Shown here: positions 44,501 to 53,308 of the stretch, in pieces | How the letters are laid out: every line of letters starts with the position of its first letter | Position numbering within the stretch: the first letter of the stretch is position 1 | Origin: an uncultured Pseudomonadota bacterium | GTDB taxonomy: Bacteria > Oederibacteriota > Muellerivitia > Muellerivitales > Muellerivitaceae | NCBI GenBank assembly: GCA_963770835.1 | Contig: CAVYRH010000026.1 | Span: 320,001-384,000 of the forward strand | DNA length: 64,000 nt | Direction of reading: 5' to 3' | The notes under the pieces: generated by a model | What the model saw: the letters and a program-made list of their open reading frames with translations, nothing else | Databases searched by the model: none | What the model was told of the DNA's origin: nothing | Made by a program: the position numbers and the translations under genes

Positions 44501-44934
44501 GTACCTATTCCTTTAGCGTGACGGGGGCCAGCGGGAACAACGGGCAGGCGGTTCAGTTCAGCGGGTTATCGGTGGCCGGAGCCACTATTACCGTTTCGCA
44601 TCCGACTTCTACCCCCACTTCCAGCCCGACGGTGACCGTTACCGCAACGCCCGCCGACAATACGGTGGTGTTGGTCTACCCCAATCCGGCCACGGGTTCC
44701 AGTGTGAACGTACTGGCCCCGGCTTACAGCGGCAGTGAGGATGTGAGGGTTGAAATCTTCACCCTGGGTTTCCGCAAGGTATTGGATGAGCCTTTCCAAG
44801 ATGTTCCCGCAGGGAAGCCTGTAACCGTTCAACTAAAAGATCAATGGGGGACGCCCCTGGCGAACGGGCTTTACTACGTCATGGTGACCGTAGATGGAAA
44901 ACACTCAACCGCGAAATTGTTAATCCTTCGTTAG
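41566..44934 (+). CDS. GH30 glycoside hydrolase with Ser/Thr linker, Ig-like domain and class-B CTD
   Basis: [21 protein letters not shown]-terminal YPNP...KLLILR; no CBM3. Confidence 0.9.
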   Translation: MRQKIVFKFLVLGLVASASPVFAQTVTVNAGVTYQTISGFGAASALNAYQVFNDIGTIENTLWADDSSQPPASQVNGDVGLSILRMAIDYTSEPTGNWDTGKEVSVAVDALKVNPNLRIFASEWSPPAAWKNNNNGNGNNTGNDNFNPGTNTNQLNHADWANYATYQTSFVTAMKNTYGFTPYAISVQNEPDYDTNYGSCLWAPSDFDTYISTYLGPDLKTAGFNPIIMMPESFADNLTGSATAMADSAAATFVKVIGMHLYGGGPNTVPASYSTTAGHTVEAWETEISDFAANDSSMTSGLKYANQIHSCIVDHNFNAYNYWWILNINTDNEGLYGASNSTTPTMRLFCLGNFSKFIRPGFVRISCTEAPSAGVSVSAYYGSSTNKVVVVAINNNTSTFNLPVSFTGLNVSTVYPWVTDSSNNLVQQTAVTATGGSFTYTLPSQSVVSFVAAVSSGSTPTPTSTPTATRTNTPANTPTSTATLTRTNTATNSPTKTTTPSPTGTATSSPTSSATSTATSTPTNTVANTPTATASSTASRTATASPTATFTNTPTGTATMTSTASATNTPSKTSTTTATGTPTNTTSLTPTATATNTLTLTPTNTATSTLINSATPTNTTTNTGTSTATGSATTTATKTATSTAASTLTLTPSSTPSSTPTKTPTATATGSATNTASSTPTTTATNTPTLTPTNTTTSTLINSATPTYTPADTATSTATGSATNTATKTATVTATNTLINSPTPSDTPTNTATSTATGTPTNTLTQASTTTPTNTATSTLTATATNTLINSATPTKTATQTPTRTTTVTPTNSPTSTPTSTPTDTLIDTATSTSSRTATSTATFTTTNTSTCTVTSTTTATPTVTSSSTPTEVTVAASQGSNPPGNSNQASGAINVPVQQVQLANPSTTVINMTSLTLSVSGAGDPSDITSLTLLANGLPIATTTVSGTTATLSFSGNISASSSVTYRVVVNFGTNASGTYSFSVTGASGNNGQAVQFSGLSVAGATITVSHPTSTPTSSPTVTVTATPADNTVVLVYPNPATGSSVNVLAPAYSGSEDVRVEIFTLGFRKVLDEPFQDVPAGKPVTVQLKDQWGTPLANGLYYVMVTVDGKHSTAKLLILR

Positions 44935-45151
44935 GCTTCAATCTTCCGAAAACTTCACCATCCGCATATCCAAAGTAAATGAACTTTGGGAGGGTGGGTT
45001 TGGAATGTATATTTTTCAATGTTTTGTTCGAATCAAACGTGAAAGAAGTTTTTGATTTGTCGGGTAAAAGTTTTTTATTAAAGCGGTGGCTTCTCCTACA
45101 TTTTGCGCAAATGGGGACGTTGTATCCAAAAACACGGCCATTTCGTTCTCC

Positions 45152-45180
45152 TTGACCTCCAAAAATGACTCGACTAGAAT
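45152..45180 (+). promoter_or_regulatory. Sigma70-type promoter of the Rieske/cytochrome b operon
   Basis: TTGACC-N17-TAGAAT. Confidence 0.6.
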
Positions 45181-45212
45181 ACGCTCTGTTTTTCATGCCT
45201 TGCCGCCTATCG

Positions 45213-45239
45213 ACTCCACCGACCGGGTGGAGTTTTTTT
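45213..45239 (+). terminator. Terminator-like hairpin in the operon leader
   Basis: ACTCCACC-GACCG-GGTGGAGT followed by a T run. Confidence 0.55.
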
Positions 45240-45280
45240 GTTGTCATTCCGTTATTTCAAAGATCCAGCGGAGCTCTTGA

Positions 45281-46315
45281 ATGACGCCTCGTCGTAACGG
45301 GCAATATCCTTTTTTTCTTTTCTTGGTGACAGCCCTTTTATCCCCGGCCGTCGCATTGGCGAATGCGGATTTATCCGATACAGCTTCCTTCGTCACCGCC
45401 ATCATCACGATCGGCGTCATTGGCTTCGGACTTCTGGCCGCCTACGTGGTTTTCTTAACTTCGCGGTTTTTGTGGGACGCCTACAAAGAGTTCGCGAAGG
45501 CAAGAAAAGAGGCTGTCGCCCATGCTGCCCCTCATGAGAAGAAAGAGGGACAGAGGGCGATTGCGGCGGCTTTCGGGTTAAGTTCCCTCTACGCGATTCT
45601 TTCTGTTGGCATCCTCTTCATCGCCTTCCTGATCGTCACTTCGGGACTGGATCCTTCTTTCACCAAGGCCTTGAGTTTGTTCCTTATCAACTTTGGGGTT
45701 GGGGGCTTTGCCCTTCTCCTCCTATATAGTGTTTATTTAATAGCCACTGTACTTTGGAGAAAGATAGCCAAACCTGTTGAAGCCGCCCCAGTCGAAGGGT
45801 CCCTCGCCGGGATTCCGCTTAACCCTGTTGTCACACGTCGTTCTTTTCTTTCTTTATTGGGGTGGGCCTGGGTGGTCTTCACGGCCGCTACCATGGGGGC
45901 CTTGACCACGGTTCTTCGCTTCTTTTTCCCCAACGTCACTTTCGAGCCGCCCCTGAAGTTTATGGCAGGTTTTCCCGACACCTATTCCATCGGAGTGGAT
46001 GAAAGGTATAAGGAATCCCACCGTTGCTGGATCGTCCGCAATAACCAGGGGTTTTACGCCCTTTCCACCATTTGTACCCACCTGGGCTGTACGCCCAACT
46101 GGCTGCAAGCTGAACAAAAGTTCAAATGCCCCTGCCATGGAAGTGGTTACTACATCACTGGCGTTAATTTCGAGGGGCCGGCGCCGCGCCCCCTCCCGCG
46201 TTTCAACATCATCCTGGCCGACGACGGGCAGATTCAAGTCGACGAGGCTACCCAGTACCAACAGGAATTGGGACAGTGGGGCCTGCCAGGATCGTTTTTG
46301 GATTACAAGGCTTAA
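45281..46315 (+). CDS. qcrA: Rieske 2Fe-2S subunit with a multi-TM N-terminal extension
   Basis: CTHLGC and CPCHGS boxes, GPAPRPL, internal TRRSFL before the last TM. Confidence 0.9.
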   Translation: MTPRRNGQYPFFLFLVTALLSPAVALANADLSDTASFVTAIITIGVIGFGLLAAYVVFLTSRFLWDAYKEFAKARKEAVAHAAPHEKKEGQRAIAAAFGLSSLYAILSVGILFIAFLIVTSGLDPSFTKALSLFLINFGVGGFALLLLYSVYLIATVLWRKIAKPVEAAPVEGSLAGIPLNPVVTRRSFLSLLGWAWVVFTAATMGALTTVLRFFFPNVTFEPPLKFMAGFPDTYSIGVDERYKESHRCWIVRNNQGFYALSTICTHLGCTPNWLQAEQKFKCPCHGSGYYITGVNFEGPAPRPLPRFNIILADDGQIQVDEATQYQQELGQWGLPGSFLDYKA

Positions 46316-46371
46316 CGACAGCTGACAGTCTGTAGTTCGCAGTCGGCAGATGAGGCTTAAAGGAGTTGAAA

Positions 46372-47202
46372 ATGTTGGAAGGTTTGAAAAAGAAAATCGA
46401 GGAACTCAAGGCCAACCGGCCTTCCCCCGAAGCGGTTAAAAAAGCCATCGCCGAGGGCCAGATATGGAAATCCGTTTTCCGGCACGGGTATCCGGACACC
46501 CCCCGTAACCGCATCATGGCGGTTCTCTCCAATTTGTTCCTGCACCTTCACCCGGTGAAAGTACGCCATTCAGGCGTCAAAATGAGCTACACCTGGTGCA
46601 TGGGCGGGCTGTCCTTCTTCCTTTTCTTGAACCTCACCGTGACGGGCGTGCTCCTCATGTTTTACTACCGGCCCACGGCCGAATACGCCTATTACGATAT
46701 CGTGGCCCTGCGGGAGCACGTGCCCTTAGGGATCATGCGCGAACTGCACCGCTGGGGTGCCCATGCCATGGTCATCGCGGTATGGCTTCACATGTTCCGG
46801 GTTTTCATGACCGGCTCTTACAAACCTCCCCGCGAATTCAACTGGGTCATCGGCGTGGTGCTCCTGGTCTTGACCTTGCTTCTTTCCTTCACCGGCTACC
46901 TTTTGCCCTGGGATCAGCTGGCCATGTGGGCCATCACAGTGGGAACCAATATGGCGCGCGCCACTCCTTTCATGGGATATGAGGGGCCCGGCGCTTCCAT
47001 GCTCCAAATCGGCGGGGTCAAGCTGGTGACCGGGGGTTCGGATATCCACTTCGCCCTTTTAGGCGGGCATTTCGTTTCGGAAGCCACCTTGCTGCGTTTT
47101 TACGTGTTGCATTGCGTTTTCATCCCGCTGGTGGCCGCCACTTTGATGGCCATCCATTTTTGGCGGGTGCGCAAAGACGGGGGAATCAGCGGGCCTCTTT
47201 GA
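46372..47202 (+). CDS. qcrB: Cytochrome b, N-terminal (b6-like) subunit
   Basis: WCMGG (heme ci Cys position), [38 protein letters not shown]. Confidence 0.92.
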   Translation: MLEGLKKKIEELKANRPSPEAVKKAIAEGQIWKSVFRHGYPDTPRNRIMAVLSNLFLHLHPVKVRHSGVKMSYTWCMGGLSFFLFLNLTVTGVLLMFYYRPTAEYAYYDIVALREHVPLGIMRELHRWGAHAMVIAVWLHMFRVFMTGSYKPPREFNWVIGVVLLVLTLLLSFTGYLLPWDQLAMWAITVGTNMARATPFMGYEGPGASMLQIGGVKLVTGGSDIHFALLGGHFVSEATLLRFYVLHCVFIPLVAATLMAIHFWRVRKDGGISGPL

Positions 47203-47243
47203 GGCTCGAATTCATTTTGAGCTGAAGCTCAAATCGGGGAACC

Positions 47244-48329
47244 ATGCATTTTTTACTTAATTTCGTCAACGCCTTGTTCAATCCGGTCACTTATTTCTTC
47301 GGTTCCGTGATTGGTTTTTGGGCCATGGTAAAGTACCGGGAAAAATGGACCGAACCCCAGTTCGCCCTGAAGTTATTGGTCGGGGTGCTGGCGGCCCTGG
47401 GCCTTTCCATGTTTAACGACCATTTCCGGGATATTTCCACCAAGTCGGACAATGTCCCCATTTTCCTCATGGTTTTCTCCGTGGGGTTCTTCACCTGGCT
47501 TTCCTTCCGCCAGGCGGTGGTGAACGACCGCCGGCTTTCCCAGGGCCAGCCGCCCGTTGAAAAAGAAACCTCGGACAAGAAGGTCTATGTCTGGCCCGAC
47601 CTGGTTTACATCGAGTTCATCGCCACCATCGTCGGCGGCGTGGTCCTCCTGGTCTGGTCCCTCTGCCTGCACGCGCCGCTGGAACAGGCCGCCACGCCGG
47701 GATGGACACCCAACCCTTCCAAGGCACCCTGGTACTTTTTGGGCCTGCAGGAAATGTTGGTTTATTACGATCCGTGGCTGGCCGGGGTGGTTTTCCCCAC
47801 CCTTATCATCGTGGGACTCATGGCCATCCCCTATATCGACAAAAACCCCAAGGGCGCGGGCTACTACACCTTTAACGAGCGGAAATACGCCATCATGCCC
47901 TTTCTCTTCGGCTTCCTCATCCTTTGGGTCACCCTCATCTTCCTGGGAACCTTCCTTCGTGGGCCGGGCTGGAACTTTTTCGGGCCCTTCGAGGAATGGG
48001 ACCTTCATAAGGTAGTGGTGCTGAACAACGTCAACCTGTCGGAATACTTCTGGGTCATGCTGTTACGGACGGGGCTGCCGGGTAATCCCATCATCCGGGA
48101 GCTGCCGGGGTTCGCGGTCTTGGCTGTTTACTTCATTCTCCTTCCGCCGTTCTTGACGAAAAAGAGCGCCTTTTTGATGGGCCTTTTGGAGCGCATGGGC
48201 GTGACCCGTTACGCGGTCCTCATGTTCCTGGCCTTGTTCATGGCGGCTCTACCGATCAAGATGCTTTTGCGGTGGTCCATCCATTTGAAATACATCGTAG
48301 GGATACCCGAAGTCTTTTTTAACATTTAG
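47244..48329 (+). CDS. Cytochrome b C-terminal / subunit IV-like membrane protein, extended
   Basis: VWPDLV, APLEQAA...TPNPSKAPWYFLGLQE, IPYIDKNP. Confidence 0.85.
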   Translation: MHFLLNFVNALFNPVTYFFGSVIGFWAMVKYREKWTEPQFALKLLVGVLAALGLSMFNDHFRDISTKSDNVPIFLMVFSVGFFTWLSFRQAVVNDRRLSQGQPPVEKETSDKKVYVWPDLVYIEFIATIVGGVVLLVWSLCLHAPLEQAATPGWTPNPSKAPWYFLGLQEMLVYYDPWLAGVVFPTLIIVGLMAIPYIDKNPKGAGYYTFNERKYAIMPFLFGFLILWVTLIFLGTFLRGPGWNFFGPFEEWDLHKVVVLNNVNLSEYFWVMLLRTGLPGNPIIRELPGFAVLAVYFILLPPFLTKKSAFLMGLLERMGVTRYAVLMFLALFMAALPIKMLLRWSIHLKYIVGIPEVFFNI

Positions 48330-48344
48330 GATAAGGAACGAACC

Positions 48345-51164
48345 TTGGCTGATTTTAAAGACGAAAGAGCCTACGACAGCCGGACCTTGACGAAGTGGTT
48401 CCTTTGGTCGAGCTTGGCGCTATTGGTTTGCGTCGGCCTGATGGCTTATTTCGACTACCACCGCGACTGGAAGGACTACCAGCGCCGTTTCATGACCTAT
48501 CAGCGCATCAAGAACCGCCAACAACTGAGGGATATCAATGCCAGCGCGGACGTGGCCCAGTACAACCAACTCAGGGCCGATCTCAAGGAAGCCAACCAGG
48601 AGCTCAAAACCCACGAGGACGACGTTAAAAAGTTGACCGATACGGAAGGCAAGCTCGACGCCCAGATTTACAAGACAAAGAACCTGGGCTACCAAATCGT
48701 CAAGGCCCAAATCGACGCGGACAAGTACACCTACGGTGAAGGGTTGAAGAACGGCAAGGATGACGCCAAGCTGAAAAACAAGATCGCCGACGAGATTGAG
48801 GAAGCCGACACCCTGAACCAAAAGATTTTTCAGATGCAGCAGGACCGGGACCAGGCCGCCGCCCAAGTGGCCGATATCACCGCCCAGCGGGACGCGGTCA
48901 AGGCCAAACTCACCAAGATGACGGCCGATTACGTCGCGGTCAAAACCAAGATCCAAAACCTTTCCTTTAGCCCCCTCTTTTACTTCCGCAACGCGATGCT
49001 GTTGGATTTCCTGGCTCCCACCATCCAAATCCAAAAAGTGGTCCTCAAGAACCTTCCCGAGGACCTCTATTTCGCCAGGACCATGCGGGTGGATTCCTGC
49101 ATGACCTGCCACCAGGCCATCGACAAGAAAGGCTTTGAGGACGCCCCCGAGCCTTTCCGCACCCATCCCAACCTGGACCTCTACATGGGTTCCACCAGCC
49201 CGCATCCTATGGATAAGGTGGGCTGCACCATCTGCCACGGCGGCATGGGCCCGGCCGTCAGTTTCAACGGCTGCGCCCACGTGCCCAATGACGAGACGGA
49301 AGGGAAACTCTGGGCCAAGAAATACGGATGGACCTACCCTGAGGGCGTCCAAAGCATCATGGTGCCCCTGAAATTCACAGAAGGTTCCTGTCTAAAATGC
49401 CACGGCAACCAGGAATACGTCAATTTCGCGCCCAAGCTGAACCGGGGCCGGGAACTCATGGTTACCCGGGGCTGTATCGGCTGCCATAAGGTAAAAGGCT
49501 TGGAAGGCCTCACCAAGGCCGGCCCGGAGCTTTACCGGGTAAAAGGAAAACTAACCAAGGAATTCGTGCTCAAGTGGGTCTGGTCGCCGAAGACCTATAA
49601 CCCGGCGGCCAAGATGCCCAGCTTTTTCAACCAAGATAACAACAACGCAAAGGACTTCCCCGATGCCTACGCCAGGAACAAGGCCGAAGTAAACGCCGTA
49701 GTGGACTATATCTTCGACAAGGCCGAGGATTACCACCCCAACCAAGCCGCCCCTCCGGGAAGCGTGGCTGCCGGCAAGAAGCTCTTCAAGGAAGTGGGTT
49801 GCCTGGCCTGCCATGGCATCGACGATGTGACCAGCCACCACGCGGATTTCGCGCCGGACCTATCCTCCATTGGCAGCAAGCTTTCCGCCAACTTCGTCTA
49901 CAGCTGGATCAAAAATCCCCAGCACTTCAATCCTGATACCCGGATGCCTTCCCTGCGCCTCTCCGACAGGGAAGCAGCCGATATCACGGCCTACCTCATG
50001 TCCAAGCGCAACAAAGACTTCGAAGACACCGACGCGCCCCAGTTCGACCCGGCGGTGCGGGACCAGCTGATCGTGGATTACCTCAAACCCCAGGTGGGCC
50101 AGGTCGGCGCCGTGTCCCAATTGGCTGCGATGAACGAGACCGCCCGCCAGATGTACCTGGGCGAGAAGACCCTGAACAAGTACGGTTGTTTCGGCTGCCA
50201 CATGATCAAGGGTTTCGAGACTGCCAATGGAATCGGCACCGAGCTTTCCAATTGGGGCGTCAAACCGATCGGCCAGCTGGATTTCGGGTTCACCGACCCC
50301 GCCCAAATTGCCCGCACTCACGAAGGCTTCCTGGCCGCCAAGCTCTCCAATCCCCGCCAATACGACAAGGACAAGGTGGTGGCTTTCGCCGACAAACTCA
50401 AGATGCCCAACTTTTACCTTTCGGATGACGACCGTGTGTCCATCATGACGGCGGTGCTGGGGCTCACCCAAACCTACATTCCGGACGAAATGACCGCGGG
50501 CATCCACGGCAACGGACCGCTTTTGGAAAAGGGCCGCCGGGTCATCGCCGATTTCAACTGCCGCGGCTGCCACCTGATCGAGGACCAGGGTGGGTGGATC
50601 CGGGAGATGTATAACAAGGAGGGGATCGACCTTTCCCTCGCCCCGCCGAATCTCCACGCGGAAGGCTCCAAGGTGCAGATCGAATGGATGCACGACTTCT
50701 TCCAGAACGTCCATCCCATCCGGCCCTGGCTGCATATCCGCATGCCCAGCTTCCACTGGACCGACGAAAAGCTCAGCAAGGTTATCACCTATTTCAACCT
50801 GAAGGACGACCAGCTTTTCCCCTTCGCCACCGTTACCACGAACCGGCTGACGGGGAAGGATTTCAGCGAAGCGAAAGCCTTATTCACCCAATTGCAGTGC
50901 CAACATTGCCATGTGCTCGGGAGCGAAATGCCCAAGGACATGAATTCGGCCGCGCCCGACCTGTTAAAGGTCCACGAGCGCCTGAAGCCCGATTGGGTGG
51001 TGCAATGGCTGAAAAATCCCCAAGCCATGAGCGACCAGTTCACCCGCATGCCCGGCTTCTGGCCCTCGGACGCCCCCGCCCCCTCCAAGGCCTTCGGCGG
51101 CGACGGCGAAAAGCAGAGGGAAGCCCTGAGGGACTACCTGTTCATGCTGCCCCATTCCCAATAA
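48345..51164 (+). CDS. Membrane-anchored octaheme cytochrome c with coiled-coil stalk
   Basis: Eight CxxCH motifs (CMTCH, CTICH, CLKCH, CIGCH, CLACH, CFGCH, CRGCH, CQHCH), N-terminal TM, several (K/R)MP distal-Met motifs. Confidence 0.9.
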   Translation: MADFKDERAYDSRTLTKWFLWSSLALLVCVGLMAYFDYHRDWKDYQRRFMTYQRIKNRQQLRDINASADVAQYNQLRADLKEANQELKTHEDDVKKLTDTEGKLDAQIYKTKNLGYQIVKAQIDADKYTYGEGLKNGKDDAKLKNKIADEIEEADTLNQKIFQMQQDRDQAAAQVADITAQRDAVKAKLTKMTADYVAVKTKIQNLSFSPLFYFRNAMLLDFLAPTIQIQKVVLKNLPEDLYFARTMRVDSCMTCHQAIDKKGFEDAPEPFRTHPNLDLYMGSTSPHPMDKVGCTICHGGMGPAVSFNGCAHVPNDETEGKLWAKKYGWTYPEGVQSIMVPLKFTEGSCLKCHGNQEYVNFAPKLNRGRELMVTRGCIGCHKVKGLEGLTKAGPELYRVKGKLTKEFVLKWVWSPKTYNPAAKMPSFFNQDNNNAKDFPDAYARNKAEVNAVVDYIFDKAEDYHPNQAAPPGSVAAGKKLFKEVGCLACHGIDDVTSHHADFAPDLSSIGSKLSANFVYSWIKNPQHFNPDTRMPSLRLSDREAADITAYLMSKRNKDFEDTDAPQFDPAVRDQLIVDYLKPQVGQVGAVSQLAAMNETARQMYLGEKTLNKYGCFGCHMIKGFETANGIGTELSNWGVKPIGQLDFGFTDPAQIARTHEGFLAAKLSNPRQYDKDKVVAFADKLKMPNFYLSDDDRVSIMTAVLGLTQTYIPDEMTAGIHGNGPLLEKGRRVIADFNCRGCHLIEDQGGWIREMYNKEGIDLSLAPPNLHAEGSKVQIEWMHDFFQNVHPIRPWLHIRMPSFHWTDEKLSKVITYFNLKDDQLFPFATVTTNRLTGKDFSEAKALFTQLQCQHCHVLGSEMPKDMNSAAPDLLKVHERLKPDWVVQWLKNPQAMSDQFTRMPGFWPSDAPAPSKAFGGDGEKQREALRDYLFMLPHSQ

Positions 51165-51336
51165 AAATATCCTCGGGAAAAAAGATAATGGGGCAAGTCA
51201 TTTTGTCTTCTGGGATTTCATTAAGGAGAAAATGGCTGGGAAAAGGCCAGTAACCCCCCGGTTGAGGCGGCTTGCTTTTAAGCGGCCCGTGCTCCTAAAG
51301 TGAATTCTGTTTCCCCGAGGACGACACCTATCCCAA

Positions 51337-51352
51337 TGTGACTCAGGTCATA
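51337..51352. promoter_or_regulatory. CRP/FNR-family-like binding site
   Basis: TGTGA-CTCAGG-TCATA, one mismatch to TGTGA-N6-TCACA, upstream of the oxidase-biogenesis genes. Confidence 0.45.
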
Positions 51353-51448
51353 GGTAAAGCGGGGCAGATTGAAAGATGATGCGGCGCTGAGGCCCACTGT
51401 CCGGGGCCTTCCGGCCAAGCCAGATTTTAGAACCTAAGGAGAGAAAAG

Positions 51449-52222
51449 ATGGACTTGAGAAAAATTACGGCATTCCTGCTGGCGGCGGGCTTGGTGGCCG
51501 TTGCCGGCTGCGGCAGCAAGGACGAGGATGAGGGATTCGGCCAGGGGGGCGGCGGAAACAGGACCGTAGCCGCGGCGACCGCCTTGGGAACAGCCTCCGT
51601 TACGGGGAAAGTCACTTTGACCGGCAAGGCCCCGGCGGCGGCCGTCATCAGCATGGACGCGGACCCGGTCTGTAAATCCCAGCACGCCACCTCGCCAAAG
51701 GATGAGATGGTCGTGGCTGACGCCAAGGGCGACCTGGCCAACGTTTTCGTTTACGTGACGGACGGCCCTTCCGTGGCTGCCCCCGCTACCCCGGTCACCC
51801 TGGCCCAGCACGGGTGCATGTATACCCCCCACGTCTTCGGCATCCAGGTCAACCAGCCCCTGGAGATCGTCAACCAGGACCCTACGCTGCACAACATCCA
51901 TTGCATGGCCGTCACCAATGACGCCTTCAACGTGGGCCAGCCTACCCAGGGCATGGTTTCTGAAAAGAAATTCAGCAAGCCCGAGGTATTGGTGAAATTC
52001 AAGTGCGACGTCCACAGCTGGATGCACTGCGCCGCGGGTGTGGTGAACAACCCCTTCTTCGCCGTGACAGGGACCGACGGCAGTTTCAAGATTTCCCAGC
52101 TTCCCAAGGGCAGCTACACTGTGGTGGCGGTGCATGAGAAATACGGGGCATCCCAGCCGCAGACGGTGACCCTGGCGGACGGGGCGAGCCAAGCCGTGAA
52201 CTTCACCTTCGCCGCCCAGTAA
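51449..52222 (+). CDS. Lipoprotein with cupredoxin-like / carboxypeptidase-regulatory-like domains
   Basis: Lipobox VAGC; QHGCMYTPHV, HNIH, KCDVHSWM (possible Cu ligands), TGTDGSFKI. Confidence 0.75.
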   Translation: MDLRKITAFLLAAGLVAVAGCGSKDEDEGFGQGGGGNRTVAAATALGTASVTGKVTLTGKAPAAAVISMDADPVCKSQHATSPKDEMVVADAKGDLANVFVYVTDGPSVAAPATPVTLAQHGCMYTPHVFGIQVNQPLEIVNQDPTLHNIHCMAVTNDAFNVGQPTQGMVSEKKFSKPEVLVKFKCDVHSWMHCAAGVVNNPFFAVTGTDGSFKISQLPKGSYTVVAVHEKYGASQPQTVTLADGASQAVNFTFAAQ

Positions 52223-52252
52223 GCTTTCATTACCGGCTGTTTCGAAATACCG

Positions 52253-52285
52253 GGCCCCGGGACATTCCCGGGGCCTTTGTTTTTT
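52253..52285 (+). terminator. Intrinsic terminator
   Basis: GGCCCCGGG-ACATT-CCCGGGGCC followed by TTTGTTTTTT. Confidence 0.65.
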
Positions 52286-52315
52286 AAAAGGCCCCTCAAA
52301 CCAAGGAACCCGAAC

Positions 52316-53308
52316 ATGACCCTTCTTTTAGCCGAGGAGTCCCTGACCGCGGTTGTTTCGGCTGCAGTTGCGGTGGCGGCCTTTTATTGGCTGGCTAAGG
52401 CCCTGGGGGCCCCCCGTTACAGCCTTCTTTTAGTCGGCTGCACTTTTCTCCTCTTACTGGCGGGTGCCCTCGTGACCAGCACGGGCTCCAGCCTGGCGGT
52501 GCCGGATTGGCCCCTTGCCTTTGGCAAGTTTTTCCCGCAAATGACAGGCGGGGTCCTTTTTGAGCATGGCCACCGCATGGTGGCGGGCACCGTGTCCCTT
52601 CTTATGCTGGCTTTCGCCCTCTACCTCCAAAAGGCCGAAACCCGCGGTTGGGTTAAGAAGCTTGCCTGGACCGCCGTGGGGGCCATCGTCCTGCAGGCGG
52701 TCTTGGGCGGGGTCACCGTGCTTTTGCACCTTCCCACGGAGGTTTCGGTGGCGCACGCCGGGCTGGCGCAGATTTTCTTTTGCCTGATCGTGAGCTTGGC
52801 CCTTGTGACGTCAAAAAGTTGGATCGAGGAAAGCCCCAACCGTCTCACGGACCGGCCCTCCACCATCCGCTTCTGGGCTGCCCTGACAACGGTGCTCACC
52901 TACCTGCAAATTGTCGTGGGGGCCATTACCCGGCATAGCGGTTCCGGCCTGGCTATCCCGGATTTTCCCCTTTCCTTCGGCCAACTGCTCCCGCCGGACT
53001 GGTCCTCTTCGGTCCTACTCCAATTCGGCCACACCCGCCTGGGGGCTTTTGTTGTTCTCTACTTGGTGACCCATACGGCCTACCGCGTCTGTACCCATTA
53101 CCCGGAGGAAAAGGCCCTGTTCTGGCCCGCAGCGGCTGCGGGGTTGTTCGTCTGGTTGCAGTGTTTTCTGGGAATACTCGTCATCGCCACCTCCAAGGAC
53201 ATCGTTCCAACTTCCATCCACGTCATCGTGGGCGCGGCCACCTTGGCCGCCATGCTGGTGCTGACCCTCAACAGCTTCCATTTATTCAAGAAGGGCCCCG
53301 TTTCTTGA
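52316..53308 (+). CDS. ctaA: Heme A synthase (COX15/CtaA)
   Basis: GALVTSTGSSLAVPDWP, FEHGHR, QAVLGG, AH, GLAIPDFP; multi-TM. Confidence 0.85.
   Translation: MTLLLAEESLTAVVSAAVAVAAFYWLAKALGAPRYSLLLVGCTFLLLLAGALVTSTGSSLAVPDWPLAFGKFFPQMTGGVLFEHGHRMVAGTVSLLMLAFALYLQKAETRGWVKKLAWTAVGAIVLQAVLGGVTVLLHLPTEVSVAHAGLAQIFFCLIVSLALVTSKSWIEESPNRLTDRPSTIRFWAALTTVLTYLQIVVGAITRHSGSGLAIPDFPLSFGQLLPPDWSSSVLLQFGHTRLGAFVVLYLVTHTAYRVCTHYPEEKALFWPAAAAGLFVWLQCFLGILVIATSKDIVPTSIHVIVGAATLAAMLVLTLNSFHLFKKGPVS

Noticed and set aside
1..44934. Cellulosome (cohesin/dockerin) or SusC/SusD polysaccharide utilisation locus
   Set aside because: No dockerin Ca-binding repeats, cohesins, SLH domains or TonB-dependent/SusD genes were recognised.
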